Virus record (IMG/VR): IMGVR_UViG_3300024999_000034
Location: 64,001-128,000 of that record
Source: a virus
DNA: 64,000 nucleotides
Strand: one strand, 5' to 3'
Position 1 is the first letter of the stretch; each line of letters starts with the position of its first letter. The position numbers and the translations under genes are program-made. The notes beneath the pieces were generated by a model. It had not been told where the DNA came from and did no database searches. It was given only the letters and a program-made list of their open reading frames with translations. Shown here in pieces: positions 22,466 to 35,085 of the stretch.

Positions 22466-22719
22466 ATGAATGAAAAAATTGCTATTCAAATAATCAAAAA
22501 CAATTATCCAGATAATTCAACTGTTTTTGGAGAAGCATTAGATTTAGCAATAAAAGCTTTAGAGAAACAAATACCTAAGAAACCAATAATGGAAAATGGA
22601 ATCCTGCTCGATGCCCTTCGTGTGATGAAGCATTGAGTGAAAGTGCAGGAGATGGTTATTATACACATTCTTATCATTTAAAGTTTTGTGAGTGTGGGCA
22701 AAAATTAGAGTGGAATTAA
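22466..22719 (+). pseudogene. ALEKQIPKKP...CPxC...CGQKLEW family small protein with a 1-nt frameshift near 22593
   Basis: Second frame reads PARCPSCDE...FCECGQKLEWN; span is 254 nt (3n-1); related intact ORF at 25054-25227. Confidence 0.6.
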
Positions 22720-22747
22720 AAATTATATTTAGAGGGAGGAATATTTT

Positions 22748-23323
22748 ATGAAAAGAATAAGAATTATTTCCAATAGTCCTCAAACTGAAAATTGTAGTGA
22801 TATTAGTAAGTATGTCGGACAAGAGTTTGATGTATATGAAGAAAATATATACGATAATCATATCAAAATGATTAAACCTAATGACCCAGACTATATTATT
22901 ACGATTTGGAATGAAGAATTTGAATTTGTTAAAATGTCTAACTAAATACTTTGAATGACTCATTTCAAAGGTATATTGAAAGGATGATGAATAATGACAG
23001 GTTTAGAATTATTAAAAAATCAGATTGAAGCACTAAATACAACAGAGTTTTTAGTTTTAGTAGAAGAGGAATGTGCAAAAAGAAAAGTTGCTAGAGATAA
23101 TGTCAAAGGTGGCAATGACATTGAAATTAACAAAATCTATATGTTACTAACAGATCAGTTTTGGATGAGAGAAATTTTCGTAGTATTGTATAATGGTATG
23201 TATCAAGGATTTAAATTAACAGAGTTAGAAGCAAAAGAAGCAGTAATACATTTTAGTAGATATTGTTTTCCCAATAATGCTACTTATAAAAGAGAAATTG
23301 TAGATTTAAGAGATATTTATTAA
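22748..23323 (+). other. Hypothetical CDSs 22748-22945 and 22994-23323
   Basis: ORF track and RBSs. Confidence 0.65.
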
Positions 23324-23351
23324 TCAAATTATTTAGAAAAGATGATGTAAA

Positions 23352-23690
23352 ATGTCTAAATGTTTAAGATGTGGTCATTGCTGTAAAGATTATTTATGCT
23401 TTGTGCCAAAATATGAAACCAGTAATTTATCTCCTGAATTTTTGGAAACTATAGATGAAGATCGTCTAGATGATTATATAAATGAAAATATTGAAGAACA
23501 AGGAAGTGCTTGCAAATGGTTGACTGTAGACAAGTTAGGACTACATTCTTGTTTAGCGTATGATAGAAGGTCTAGTATGTGTAGAGATCATAATTCTTTG
23601 ATTGGAAAGTGTTTAATAGGAATTTCATATTGGAAAGACAAAGAGGATATTCCTGAAGAAATTAAGAGTATGCTAGGAGGTAGAATTTAA
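23352..23690 (+). CDS. YkgJ-like CxxCxxCC cysteine-cluster protein
   Basis: CLRCGHCC...CKWL...CLAYDRR..MC. Confidence 0.7.
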   Translation: MSKCLRCGHCCKDYLCFVPKYETSNLSPEFLETIDEDRLDDYINENIEEQGSACKWLTVDKLGLHSCLAYDRRSSMCRDHNSLIGKCLIGISYWKDKEDIPEEIKSMLGGRI

Positions 23691-25843
23691 ATGAAATTAA
23701 CCAAAGATAAATATGGTATAGATTGTTTTTCTATTATGGTTAATCAAGTAAGTGATATCGGAAAACAATGTGGCGTAGAAACAACTAATTATCTGGCGAG
23801 CGAATATGGTAATGAGCATTATTTGTTAAGAAATAAAGGCGTATTTGGTTGCATTGTGCTGAAAGAAAATTGCACTGTATTATAATTAAGAAAGAGGTAA
23901 TTAAAAATGAAACTAATTAATATTGCAAACAAAATTGACAAATCCCAAAAGAACGAATCTCAAGTTGACACAATGGAATTTAGCAATGAACTCAACTATG
24001 AATTTGATTATGTAAATCAAGACAGACTTAAAGCTTATTGGATAGGTAATTGGTATTGCACAGACTCTTATGTAGGATATAGAATGTATTTCTTAGACGA
24101 TGAACCAGTAGCAGTATCCATGCAAACAGGTAGAAAAAATAATGAAGAATTTGAATGGTTTAGCAATGAATTGGCTCTAAAGGTTAGAGATTATTTAATT
24201 TCTCTTATGTCTGAAAATGAATTAAATATTGAATTATGTGACATCAATAGGGACATAGGAGATAGTTATCAAATTAATTTTAACTCTGAAATATTACATC
24301 CAGAAAGAGCAATTTATAATGGTGAACCAATTGAAATATTAGAACAAATCAAGGATAAAAATAATTGGGGAATTGGAACAGAATTAAGAATTAAACTCCT
24401 TAGCGGTGAAGAAAAAGTTGTAGATATTAAGGAAATAGATTTTGAGTTTAATTTGGTGTAAGATATCAATTAATCCATAAACTAAAAATATAAAGGAGAA
24501 TTTAAAAATGAATCAATTAAATAAACTATCCAAACAAGATATTCAAAATAAATATCTTAACAAACCAATACTCATTGTAGATGACGAAAATTCTAAGAAA
24601 TGGTATATTGTAAAAGATACTAATACTTCAATGCCTTTACATTTATTAGATGAAGAAGAGTCAGATTTATATGATCAAGATGAAAGCAATATAGAAGGCA
24701 TTGAAGTTGCAGGAGTAAATGGTAATGGATATTTAATGTGGATTTATTTTAGTCACAATGATGAGAAAAATGATGGTTGGAAAGCATTTGGATATGAGTA
24801 ATCTTATATTAGTTAGAAATGAGGAGGAAATATTATGTTTTGTAATCACAAATGGAAATTACTTTCAACTCATACGTTTGATAGTGAATTGAAGAATGTT
24901 ACTGAGGCAAGAATGCAAACATCTCTTATGATGGAATTGACCAAAAGAGGAGTAATTACAGTTTCACAATGTGAAAAATGTGGAAAGATAGTACATTTAA
25001 AAACTATCCTATAGTTTAAAATACTTATTTTATATGTTAGGAGGATTAAAACAATGGATGAAAAAGAAATACCAAAAGCATTAAAATTATATCGAGGGAG
25101 AGATAAAAGAGATTGTGGTAGAGTTCATTGTCCTAATTGTGACCAGTTATTACCAGTAGGGAACGGAAAAATCTCGAATTGCCCGTTTTGTAACCAAAAA
25201 TTGGATTGGAATTTATTGATGAAATAAATTATATAGAGGAAGGATGAGATTCAATTATGTTTATTGTATATGAGATTACAGCAACAGCCCATTTTGCTTT
25301 TTCAATGAACAAAAAGTAAGACATAGAGAATTAATTAGTGATAATATTTTTATCACAGATAAATTCTTAAAGGATTGGGAGCAAAGAGTTATTCAAGCAA
25401 CAAAAGATAATATGAGAGAAGTTTTAAAATTAACTGATTTTAAAATTGAAGAACTTGCTGTGTTGGAATCTTTAGAGGAATTAAGAAAGTGAGGGGAAAA
25501 TAAAATGATTCATACATCCGAGATAATTGAAGTTTCTCAAGTAGATGATGGAGAATGGATAGCAAAAACTCATGTAACATTTTTCAGTTCAAAAGGTAAA
25601 CAAAATGAAGTGTTTGGAGATGTATCTACTTATTGCTCATTTAATTCAATTACAAAAGCAATAGATACATTGTTAGAAACCTTAAATGAATCAGGAGTAA
25701 TAATTAGAGAAAGTTTTACTTTGGCTTATACTTATATGGGCATTGAAGATCAAGAAAATCCACCTGTAAGTAAAAATTGGAAAGAGATTATTATTGGTGA
25801 AGTTGAATCTAGAGGTTGGGAAGCATTTGTAGAGGTTGAATAA
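23691..25843 (+). other. Hypothetical CDSs: 23691-23885, 23907-24461, 24508-24801, 25054-25227 (Zn ribbon), 25257-25492 (1-nt frameshift), 25505-25843
   Basis: ORF track and RBS inspection. Confidence 0.65.
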
Positions 25844-25903
25844 AAATTTATTTAAAACTATCGTAACACCATAATAAATATAAAAATAATATGTTTGTAC
25901 ATA

Positions 25904-25932
25904 TAGACAGAGATATTATTTTATGTTAAGAT
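25904..25932 (+). promoter_or_regulatory. Promoter TAGACA-17-TAAGAT with TGn, driving the ParB-like/kinase/helicase operon
   Basis: Sequence inspection. Confidence 0.6.
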
Positions 25933-25967
25933 AAATACAAATAAAATAAAGAAATGAGGAATTAAAA

Positions 25968-26543
25968 ATGAATAAAGAAATCGTAAAAGCAAACCAAAAC
26001 ATCAGAGACACCTTTGTTAGTTCGCAAGAGGTAAAACTCTTAAATTTATCAGACATTACCTTGGTTGAGCCAATACATATTAATGCAAAATGTAATTTAT
26101 TTAAGAGAGTTAATAAATTAAGAAATAAAAATGTAACTCAACTTAATAAACCTATTATTGTCAAAGAAGAATCAGATGATAAATATTCTTTGGTCATGGG
26201 TTATAGCGGTTACATGGTAGCATCTTCCTTGGGACATACTAAAGTTCCATGTGTTATAATTAATGAGAAGCGAAAAGAATTAAGTAACAAATTAGGTTTT
26301 AAAAGTCCAAGACTTGCAACCGGATCAGATAAATTTATGCCAATTTATAAAATCATTGTCCCTAAAGAATTTAAATGGGTTAGAAAAGAAAAAGTTGACA
26401 AATGTATAGAATATTTTAAGCAGAACGGATGCTTTGACAAACCTGTAATCATTAAAAATAATGGACTATGCGTTGATGGATTTTCTAGATTAATGGCCGC
26501 TAAGAGATTGAATTTAAGTAAAGTTGCGGTTAAGATTGCATGA
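25968..26543 (+). CDS. Tandem ParB/Srx-like domain protein
   Basis: Two repeats: KPIIVK..YSLVMGYSGYMVASSLGHTKVPCVI and KPVIIK..LCVDGFSRLMAAKRLNLSKVAV. Confidence 0.65.
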   Translation: MNKEIVKANQNIRDTFVSSQEVKLLNLSDITLVEPIHINAKCNLFKRVNKLRNKNVTQLNKPIIVKEESDDKYSLVMGYSGYMVASSLGHTKVPCVIINEKRKELSNKLGFKSPRLATGSDKFMPIYKIIVPKEFKWVRKEKVDKCIEYFKQNGCFDKPVIIKNNGLCVDGFSRLMAAKRLNLSKVAVKIA

Positions 26544-26968
26544 GCATGATTAAAATAGGCGAAGGATCTGGTAGGAAAGTTTATGATTTAGGAAATGGAT
26601 ATGTTTTAAAAGAACCATATAGTGAAACTGGATTGCAACAAAATGAAACTGAATTGCATGTTTACAATAATGCAATTCAGTTCAGAGAATATTTATGTCC
26701 AACTTTTAAAGGCAATGATCATTGTAACACAATGATAAAAGTAGATTTAATAACTTTAGAAGAGTTTAATCTAATAAAAACTAATCCTAAAATTATTGAA
26801 GTTTTGAGTTATCTATATGAAAATTTTGGTTTGAACGATGATATTAATCATTACAAATCATGGGGAAAACTTAATGGAAAATATGTTTTACTTGATTATG
26901 GATATACTAATGAATTATTTAATGAGATAATGTTTAAATATACAGGTGATATTCAATATCTAACTTGA
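26540..26968 (+). CDS. Minimal protein-kinase-like fold protein
   Basis: Gly-loop KIGEGSGRKVY, VLK lysine, alphaC E (NETEL), D..H..SWG and LLDYG (DFG-like). Confidence 0.65.
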   Translation: MSMIKIGEGSGRKVYDLGNGYVLKEPYSETGLQQNETELHVYNNAIQFREYLCPTFKGNDHCNTMIKVDLITLEEFNLIKTNPKIIEVLSYLYENFGLNDDINHYKSWGKLNGKYVLLDYGYTNELFNEIMFKYTGDIQYLT

Positions 26969-26986
26969 TTATATTAATTTTAAGGA

Positions 26987-29103
26987 GTGTTTACAAGAAT
27001 GAAAGACATTAAACTTTATCCACACAATCAAGAAACTTACGATAAGATCCAAACACTATGGAAAACTGAAAACAAAGTTTCAGCAGTTCAGGCCACCGGC
27101 ACAGGAAAATCATATCTGATACTAAAGTGTATCTATAATGATCCTGAAGCAAACAAGGTAGTTCTAGCACCTTCTAATTACATATTAGAGCAATTGATAA
27201 ATGAAGCAGGAGAAGAATTACCGAATACAAAAACTCTTACCTATTCTAAATTATCATATATGAGTGATACAGAAATAAAAGAGTTAAATATTGGATATAT
27301 TTTCCTTGATGAATTTCATAGATGCGGAGCAGAGCAATGGGGAGATGGAGTACAAAGATTATTAAATGCATTTCCAAATGCTAAAGTATTGGGAACATCT
27401 GCAACTCATATTAGATTTCTAGATAACGCAAGAAACATGGGAGAAGAATTATTCAATGGAAACATTGTTAATAATCTATCTCTTGCAGAAGCAATTGTAA
27501 AAAAGATATTACCTATGCCTAAATATATTTCTGCATTGTATACTTTTGACGATGAAGTTAATAATCTCAAAACGAAAGTAGAAAACAGTAAAAATGATGA
27601 AGAATCTAAAAAAGAAATGTTAAAAGAAATTGAAATAATGAAGAATAAATTAAACAAAAGCAAAGGCATTCCTAATATTCTAAAGAAACATTTGTCTAAA
27701 GACTATAGTGGAAAGTTTATTATTTTCTGTAAAGATAAAGTTCATTTGGATGAAATGAAAGAAACTGTTGTTGAATGGTTTATGAATGGTTTAAGCAATC
27801 AAAAGTCACAAAACAAGTAGATGTTTACACTATTTATAGTAATTATACAAATGGTGATATTGAAGTCAATGAATTTATAAATAATAAAAATCCTAAATCA
27901 ATTAAACTTTTATTTAGCATTGGAATGTTTAATGAAGGAATTCATATTGAGGACGTAACAGGGGTTATTTTATTAAGACCCACTACATCTCCTATTATTT
28001 ATTATCAACAAGTGGGTAGAGCTATGCAGGTTGGAAATGGTAATTCTCCCATTATATTTGATTTAGTAAATAATTTTAGTAATATGGGAGCAAAGAATTT
28101 TATTAGTGATTTGGAAAAACATGCCGAACGAGAGAATGATAAGCATAAAGATGATAGCGAAAATAATTGCATTGATGTTTCTGAATTTATTATTTTTGAT
28201 GAAATTATCGAAGCTACGGATTTGTTTACCACAATTGAAAATAATTTAATTGGAGATTGGGATGCGATGTATGAGGAAATAAAATATTTTTACAATGAAA
28301 ATGGGCATTGTAATGTTAATACAAAGACTGGTGGAAAATTAGGGAATTGGGTACATACACAGAGAAGGTGTTTTAAATTATTAGAACTAAAAGAAGAAAG
28401 AATTAAATTACTTAATGATATTAATTTTGCTTGGGAAATAAATGATAAAAATTGGTATGATAAAGCTTGGGAAGACACATTTAAATTATTATCAGAATAT
28501 TATAATATATATAATCATTTTCCGGCCAAAGGAGAGGTTTATAAGGAAAACATACTCGGAAATTGGATAATTCAACAGAGAAGATTCTTTAAACAAGGAG
28601 AATTGTCTTTTGATAAAGAAAATAAATTAAATTCCATAAATTTCATTTGGGATATGCACCAAGATAGACGAGAAGAAATAACTAATCGTATTTTAGATTT
28701 TAAACAAAAATATGGTCACTTAAATATTCCTGAAAATTATGTGATAAACGGTAATAAGTTGTTATCACAAGTATATGTCATAAGAAAAGGTTATAAAAAA
28801 GGTAATTTATCTAACGAAATAATTAATAAGTTAAATGGTGTTGGATTTGAATGGGATAATAAGGAACATCATAAAGATATATTTGAAAAATATCATCTAT
28901 ATAATGTTTTAAAAGAAAATAATACAGGTATTGTAGAGTTTTCTAAATTAATAGGAGTCCAGAGAACAAGTGTTGGGGCTTGGGTAAACAATAGAAGCGA
29001 TATACCTAAAAAATATATCTCTAAAATTTCCGAAATGTTTAATATTGAACCACAATTGCTTCAACCACAAAAAGGAGATAGATGTGTTAATAAAATAGCG
29101 TAA
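26987..29103 (+). pseudogene. SF2 (DEAD/DEAH-like) helicase with helicase-associated repeats and C-terminal XRE HTH, split by an 11-bp tandem duplication
   Basis: ATGTGKS, LDEFHR, GTSAT in ORF 26987-27820; GMFNEG, QQVGRAM, LGNW repeats and HTH in ORF 27775-29103; (tgaatggttta)x2 at 27772-27793. Confidence 0.8.
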
Positions 29104-29212
29104 ATTAAATTATCCCAATACAGCAAACCCTACTCCCACGCCACTTTCAAAATCTCAATACCCAATAAAAATTGCATTTTAAATGATTATAAAATAATAT
29201 TGGAGGAATTAA

Positions 29213-29968
29213 ATGTTAGAATTAAATAAAGTATATAATGAAGACTGTATTGGCGAAAGAGGTATGTGTCTAATTAAAGATAAGTCAATAGACATGATTT
29301 TATGTGATTTGCCGTATGGTGTCACTGCAAGGAATAAATGGGATTCAATTATACCATTTGATAAACTTTGGAAACAATATGAGTGTATAATTAAGGATAA
29401 TGGAGCAATAGTATTATTTGCTAAATCTCCATTCGACAAGTCTTTAGCAATGAGTAATATAAATTTGTATAAATATGAATGGATATGGTACAAAAACAAA
29501 GTAACAGGACATTTAAATTCTAAAAAGATGCCTATGCAAGCTCATGAAAACATATTAGTGTTTTATAAAAAACTTCCTACATATAATCCTCAAATGAGCG
29601 AAGGACATAAACCTATGAACTATGCTGTCAACCATCACGAAAATATTAGTACATATGGAGATGGAAAGAAAACAAAAAATCAAGCAGGAACCACAAAGCG
29701 GTATCCTAAAACCATTCTCGAATTCAACGTAGTAAATCAAGATAGTCCTGAAAGAATCCACCCATCGCAAAAACCAGTTGAATTATGTGAATGGCTAGTA
29801 AATACATACACAAATGAAAATGATTTAGTTTTGGATAATTGTATGGGAAGTTTTACTACCGCAATAGCATGTATTAACACAAATAGAAATTATATTGGAT
29901 TTGAATTAGATGATGGGTATTATGATTTAGGGAATAAAAGATTAGAAAGTTTGATATATGTAAAGTGA
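29213..29968 (+). CDS. Site-specific DNA methyltransferase (N4-C/N6-A, beta class)
   Basis: ILCDLPYG, HPSQKP, VLDNCMGSFTT, YIGFELD. Confidence 0.9.
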   Translation: MLELNKVYNEDCIGERGMCLIKDKSIDMILCDLPYGVTARNKWDSIIPFDKLWKQYECIIKDNGAIVLFAKSPFDKSLAMSNINLYKYEWIWYKNKVTGHLNSKKMPMQAHENILVFYKKLPTYNPQMSEGHKPMNYAVNHHENISTYGDGKKTKNQAGTTKRYPKTILEFNVVNQDSPERIHPSQKPVELCEWLVNTYTNENDLVLDNCMGSFTTAIACINTNRNYIGFELDDGYYDLGNKRLESLIYVK

Positions 29969-30052
29969 AAAATAAATATCTTACACCCATTGCAATACGG
30001 ATGTAATGGGTGTATAATTGGGATAAGAAGTAAATCAGAGGAGGAAGAATTT

Positions 30053-33000
30053 ATGTTAAATACAATTATCTTTGAGGTATTAGACGAAGTTTTAGATCGA
30101 AATGTTTTTAGTACAGATTGCCACTTTTCAAAATCACACGGAAGACATAAACTAGATTTAATGACAAGAAGGGCAATTTCCTATAAAGAATTTATTAAGG
30201 AAACAAAAAGCCTTGTATTAGAATATGACATCGCTAGTTATGATGAAGATTCCGATTTCTTTCAAATAAGTATTGACTTAACTGAAGAATCAATAAACAA
30301 ATTTATTGAACGAGCAAAACAATTATGTCTTTATGAATTCGAGAATATGAAGAAGTAAAATTGAAGGAGGTAATCACATATGTTTGAAAGCAAAATCGAG
30401 GATTGGACTATTATGATTGAAAGTATTAAAAACAAGTTATCACTTATTGATAATCAAACAGACGAGATCAAAAAAGCACGAAAACAATTGTCTAATGCAA
30501 GTGACAATTTAATAAAGCACATTAGAAAAACAAAATAAAGGAGTTTGATGTAAAATGACACTCGCTAAAATGTTTTCGTTGTTTTCAAATGAAAAACTTA
30601 AAGAAGCGTTTGACGAATATCAAGAGCATGAAGAGACAGGGGTTATCAAAAACGGAATACTTAGAAGTATGGTAGATTTAATGTTGATGGAAGAAAATGA
30701 TATTAACCAAAATATTGCAGTATTAATGGAAAATGTAGAAGAAGGTCTATTGAAGGAGATAGCATCTAGATTCTATGATAAATAAAGGAGCGTGTAAATA
30801 ATGATTGTAAACCAAAAAGTATTAAATGGTAAATTAGAAATTACTTTAACATTAGATGAAAATGATATTAAAGTAATGAAGCTGATTAAGTCTAAGAGTA
30901 GATTAGAAATCACTTCTTGTTGTAGAACCGATGAAGAATGGGAAATGCTTGAGCCAGTGGATAACTTGGAAAAATATAGTTTAATTGAAGACCGATTGAG
31001 TATTAGCAAATATGAATTGACCAAATTAGGACGCAGAATGCTTGATAAAATGAATCCTTATATTTGTCCTAATTGTGGAACAGAATGGGAACAAAACGAC
31101 GGAGATTTAATATCTAAAGAACATATGTCAGATTTTTGGATTTGGCTTTGTCGCTATTCTTTTTCAATGTCCGAGTATAAAGACTGTCCATCATGTAATA
31201 ATTCTGAAAATGATTGGGAATTGATTGATAATAGGAGTGAATAAATATGATGAATTTTGAAGAAATCTATTATTACGATTATGAAAATGAACCAATTGGT
31301 GGAGGGAATCCATATAAAAGATGTGTATATTGTAAAATTTCTGCTCCTCAAATTAATGGGAGATTATCTGGTCATGCAGAATGGTGTGAATATAGAATAA
31401 AGATGGAGGAAGAGATTAGATTAAAAACAAGGACAACTAATGATTGAGGAGGAATTTAATATGGATTTTATAAATACATGTATTCTTAATATGTTTTGTC
31501 AAAATAATTGTGTTAATTATAATCAAGGATGCAAGGGGTTCTTTGAGCAAGAAGACAAATGCAGTGCATACATGTTTATAAAGTGGTTACGTGAGAATGG
31601 TCAAAATATTGGCGATTTAATTAAACAAACAAGGAATAAACAAGAATAAAAGGAGTGGTACATAATGTTTGACTTCCTAAGAAAGAAAATTTTAATAGAA
31701 GATGAGAAACCAAAATTATATCGTTGTTTTATGTGTAAAGGTAATTATCATAAAGAAGATATTGACTTCCTTGAAAGTAGAAGATTAGGTAATAATGTTT
31801 GTACAAGATGTGCAGAATATCTCAAAGGTAATTCAAATAAAAGAAAGGAAGTGTATACTAAAATGAAAAACTTAGAAACAATTGTTAAAAATAGAGACAT
31901 CTTAAAGAAATCAGTAGATAATATTTGGACAGAAGTATTTGCCGTTAAGAATGGTCGAGAGTGGCCTGAATTATCAAAAGAAGAACAAGGGACAGTTGGT
32001 AAATCGCTTAGTTTGAAGGATCGTTATTACAATCAATTAATAGCATTAGATTTTGTATTGAATGAAAATGCGTGGTTATTGGATTATAGAACGGATAGAA
32101 ATTATGATGGATTTGTAGACGAGAGATTCTTTGCGAATTTAATCTAAGGAGTGATTTGTTTTTATGGTTAATGAAAAAGGTAAAATTGTTCTAAATATTG
32201 AATATGGTTTAGATGAGTGTAAAATATATTTTACTGATAGTACACTATTAATAATTAAAGCTATCGGTGGTGTATTTGATGATTCTGATACAAGTCCTGA
32301 ATTGGGATATGAACATATTAAAGAGGAGGAGTAAAATGATCATATGAATGTGAATGTCGTTTTGAGGGGGTATAAAAATATTAAAGGATGTGTATAAAAT
32401 GAAAAGAAGTGAAATGATTAAACTTATGGACAAATATTTTGATACTCGTACAGTATCATCTATGGATGAATTATTATCTATAATGGAAAAGTTAGGAATG
32501 ATGCCTCCTAGAAACCCTAATATCACTTTTACACAGCAAGCAGATCATAAAACATTGCATATTTGGGAAGATGAAAAAGAGGATCAAGTTGAAACTATAC
32601 TAGGTGGGAAAGTAAAGTTTACTTTCATTAGAGAAAGACAAAAATCTTTTTATGGAGATAAGGTCTTTGATGGTACATTTGTTAGAAAAGGTAATGAATG
32701 CTTTATAGAATCATTAGTTAACGCAACATATGGTGAAATTAGAGATTGTGGGTACGATTATTTTAAATTAGATGATGTAAAATTTGAAATGGTTTAAATA
32801 GAGCATAAAGAAAAATATTAAATTGATATTTATAGAGGTTAGATTATTCTAATCTCTATAAATTTATAAAGAAGGAGAGATTTAATTATGAAAGCAGTTG
32901 TTAAAGGCAATCAAATTCAATGCCCAATTTGCCACACCAATGAATTTTATGTAAAAGAGGATGTAGAAATTAGAGCAATAGTAACAAAATATCATGAAGA

Positions 33001-33596
33001 TCATTTGTATGATATTTGCAAAGATGAATTGCAATGTGAGAACTGTGGATGGACTGGATATTTTGAGAATAATGTTGATTCAGAAAAGGATTATAAATCA
33101 AAGAAAATAACTTATACTTATGATGAAAATTAAAGTAACCCGCAATTGTAAATCATGTATATATCATTACTGGAAAGACCTTGAAGATGATCTATGCTAT
33201 GAAAAAGGTGGCTGTCTTCTATTCTCTCCGATTGGATTAAAGTTAGAAGATGTTGAAGTTGTGGGAGAATTAGGTAGTATTGACTATTGCAATAACTCTT
33301 GATCTGTGATATTATAAACACAGAAATAAATTTATCAGGAGGTACATAAAATGGCAACAACCGCAAGAGAAAAGCATATTGCAAGTATTAATGCACTTTT
33401 AGTAAAACATGGTGCAACGCTAGACAGATGGGGTATGTATCACATTGGAAAATATAAGTTTGATACTCGTAAAGTTAATCTAAAAATTACAGTTAACGAT
33501 TTGAAAATCTTATCAACTTCAATGAGTAAATTAACTTTAGAAGAATTTGAGAAAAGATTAAAAATTTATGTTGCAAGGGAGAGTGAATCAAAATGA
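30053..33596 (+). other. Run of small hypothetical CDSs, several Zn-ribbon: 30053-30358, 30555-30785, 30801-31244, 31247-31447, 31440-31649, 31665-32147 (likely two fused genes), 32390-32797, 32888-33133, 33120-33302, 33351-33596
   Basis: ORF track and RBSs. Confidence 0.7.
32829..32862. terminator. 15-bp stem hairpin (one G-U pair)
   Basis: tttatagaggttaga-ttat-tctaatctctataaa. Confidence 0.55.
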
Positions 33597-34075
33597 GCAG
33601 ATATAACAAACTTCTCCAAGAAGTAATACTAGAAGCCAAACAACTAAACATTCCAATATCTCAAAACATTGATCAAAATGTCATAATCAACACCAGAGCA
33701 AAAAGATTCGGAAGATGCTCTAGAAAGTCAGATAAATTTATTATTGAATTATCATCAATATTTGACAAAGCAGAGGATAAAATGGCGAAACAAACTCTTG
33801 CACACGAACTATGCCACACCTGTCCTGACTCTATGAATCATCAAGCATTATGGAAATCTCATGTAAGCAAAATGAATAGAGCATACGGATATAATATTGC
33901 TCGTACTAATTCCTGTGAGAACATTGGAGTAGAAAGAGAAATATCCAAGAATGCTAAATATACTATTGAGTGTCAGAAATGTCATAATAAATCTTATAAG
34001 GATCGTATATCAGGAGTAATTATAAATCCTGAACAATATCATTGTAAATGTGGTGGTAGGTTAACTGTAAACTAG
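33593..34075 (+). CDS. SprT-like zinc metalloprotease with C-terminal Zn ribbon
   Basis: RAKRFGRC, LAHELCH, H..LWK, YTIECQKC...YHCKCGG. Confidence 0.8.
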   Translation: MSRYNKLLQEVILEAKQLNIPISQNIDQNVIINTRAKRFGRCSRKSDKFIIELSSIFDKAEDKMAKQTLAHELCHTCPDSMNHQALWKSHVSKMNRAYGYNIARTNSCENIGVEREISKNAKYTIECQKCHNKSYKDRISGVIINPEQYHCKCGGRLTVN

Positions 34076-34092
34076 AAAGGAGTGAAAATTAA

Positions 34093-35046
34093 ATGGATTT
34101 ATCACAAACCCAAATTCACTGGAAATCTTCTTCTGAAGAAATTCAAGCAATGACTTATGAACAAGCGATTGAATTATTAGAGAATCAAATTAAAATGGGT
34201 AAAAGTACAAATCCTCAAGCAGCAGGGCCACGAAAACATATGGTTAAAGCTTATGAATTAGCGATTGAGGCATTGAAGAAATTTAAGGGGGGAAATTAAG
34301 ATGGGAAATTATCGTTTAGAGGATGAAGTCTGGGATGAAGCATGGGAGAATAATCCTACAGAAGAAATTACCGAAATGAGAGATAAAGACAACAAATTAT
34401 TTGTATTTGTTCATGCTAATAATCAAGAACAGCAAAAATTTCTGACAGAGGCATTGGAGAATAATTGTTTTGCTCAACCAGTAAACTTTATGGTATTACA
34501 AGCAGGAAAAGATATTTACACAAATAAGGTTTATCATCAAGATAAAGAAATCACAGAACCAGAAGAAATTAAGCGATTGTGGAATGGTACTAGACCTTAT
34601 TTTTCAATATCTAATGCTAATCCTGATCATATTGGAAACTATTGTAATTGGACATATCTTGAATCAATTATTGAAACTGGTTGGAAAAGACAATTTTCTG
34701 GTTGGTTGTAAATTAAATTAAATTTACCATTTTATGTCTATTAACTTAAAATTTAGAGGAGGAAAATATTATGGCTGATTATTCTTGTGAATGGTGTAAA
34801 CATGATGAAGATTGTAAATATGCTTGGAATTCAACAACTTGCGAACCTCAAGAAATGTTAGATTTGTACAACGCTTTACCAAAAGAAAAATATGAAGAAA
34901 TAGTGTCTCTTGTTGAATATCTTAAAACAAAAGAGGATGATAGTGATTATATCCAAACTATTGCATCTCAATTACAAAATAATATAATTTATAATTATCC
35001 TACAGAGGAAGAATTAAAGTATATTAAAGATTTGCTTTCTGATTAA
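34093..35046 (+). other. Hypothetical CDSs 34093-34299, 34301-34711, 34771-35046
   Basis: ORF track and RBSs. Confidence 0.65.
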
Positions 35047-35085
35047 TATCAGATTCATTCTATAGAAAGGAGGTGATACTTATAA

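Noticed and set aside
27775-27820. Programmed ribosomal frameshift or intron in the helicase
   Set aside because: No slippery heptamer or intron sequence; an exact 11-bp duplication fully explains the split
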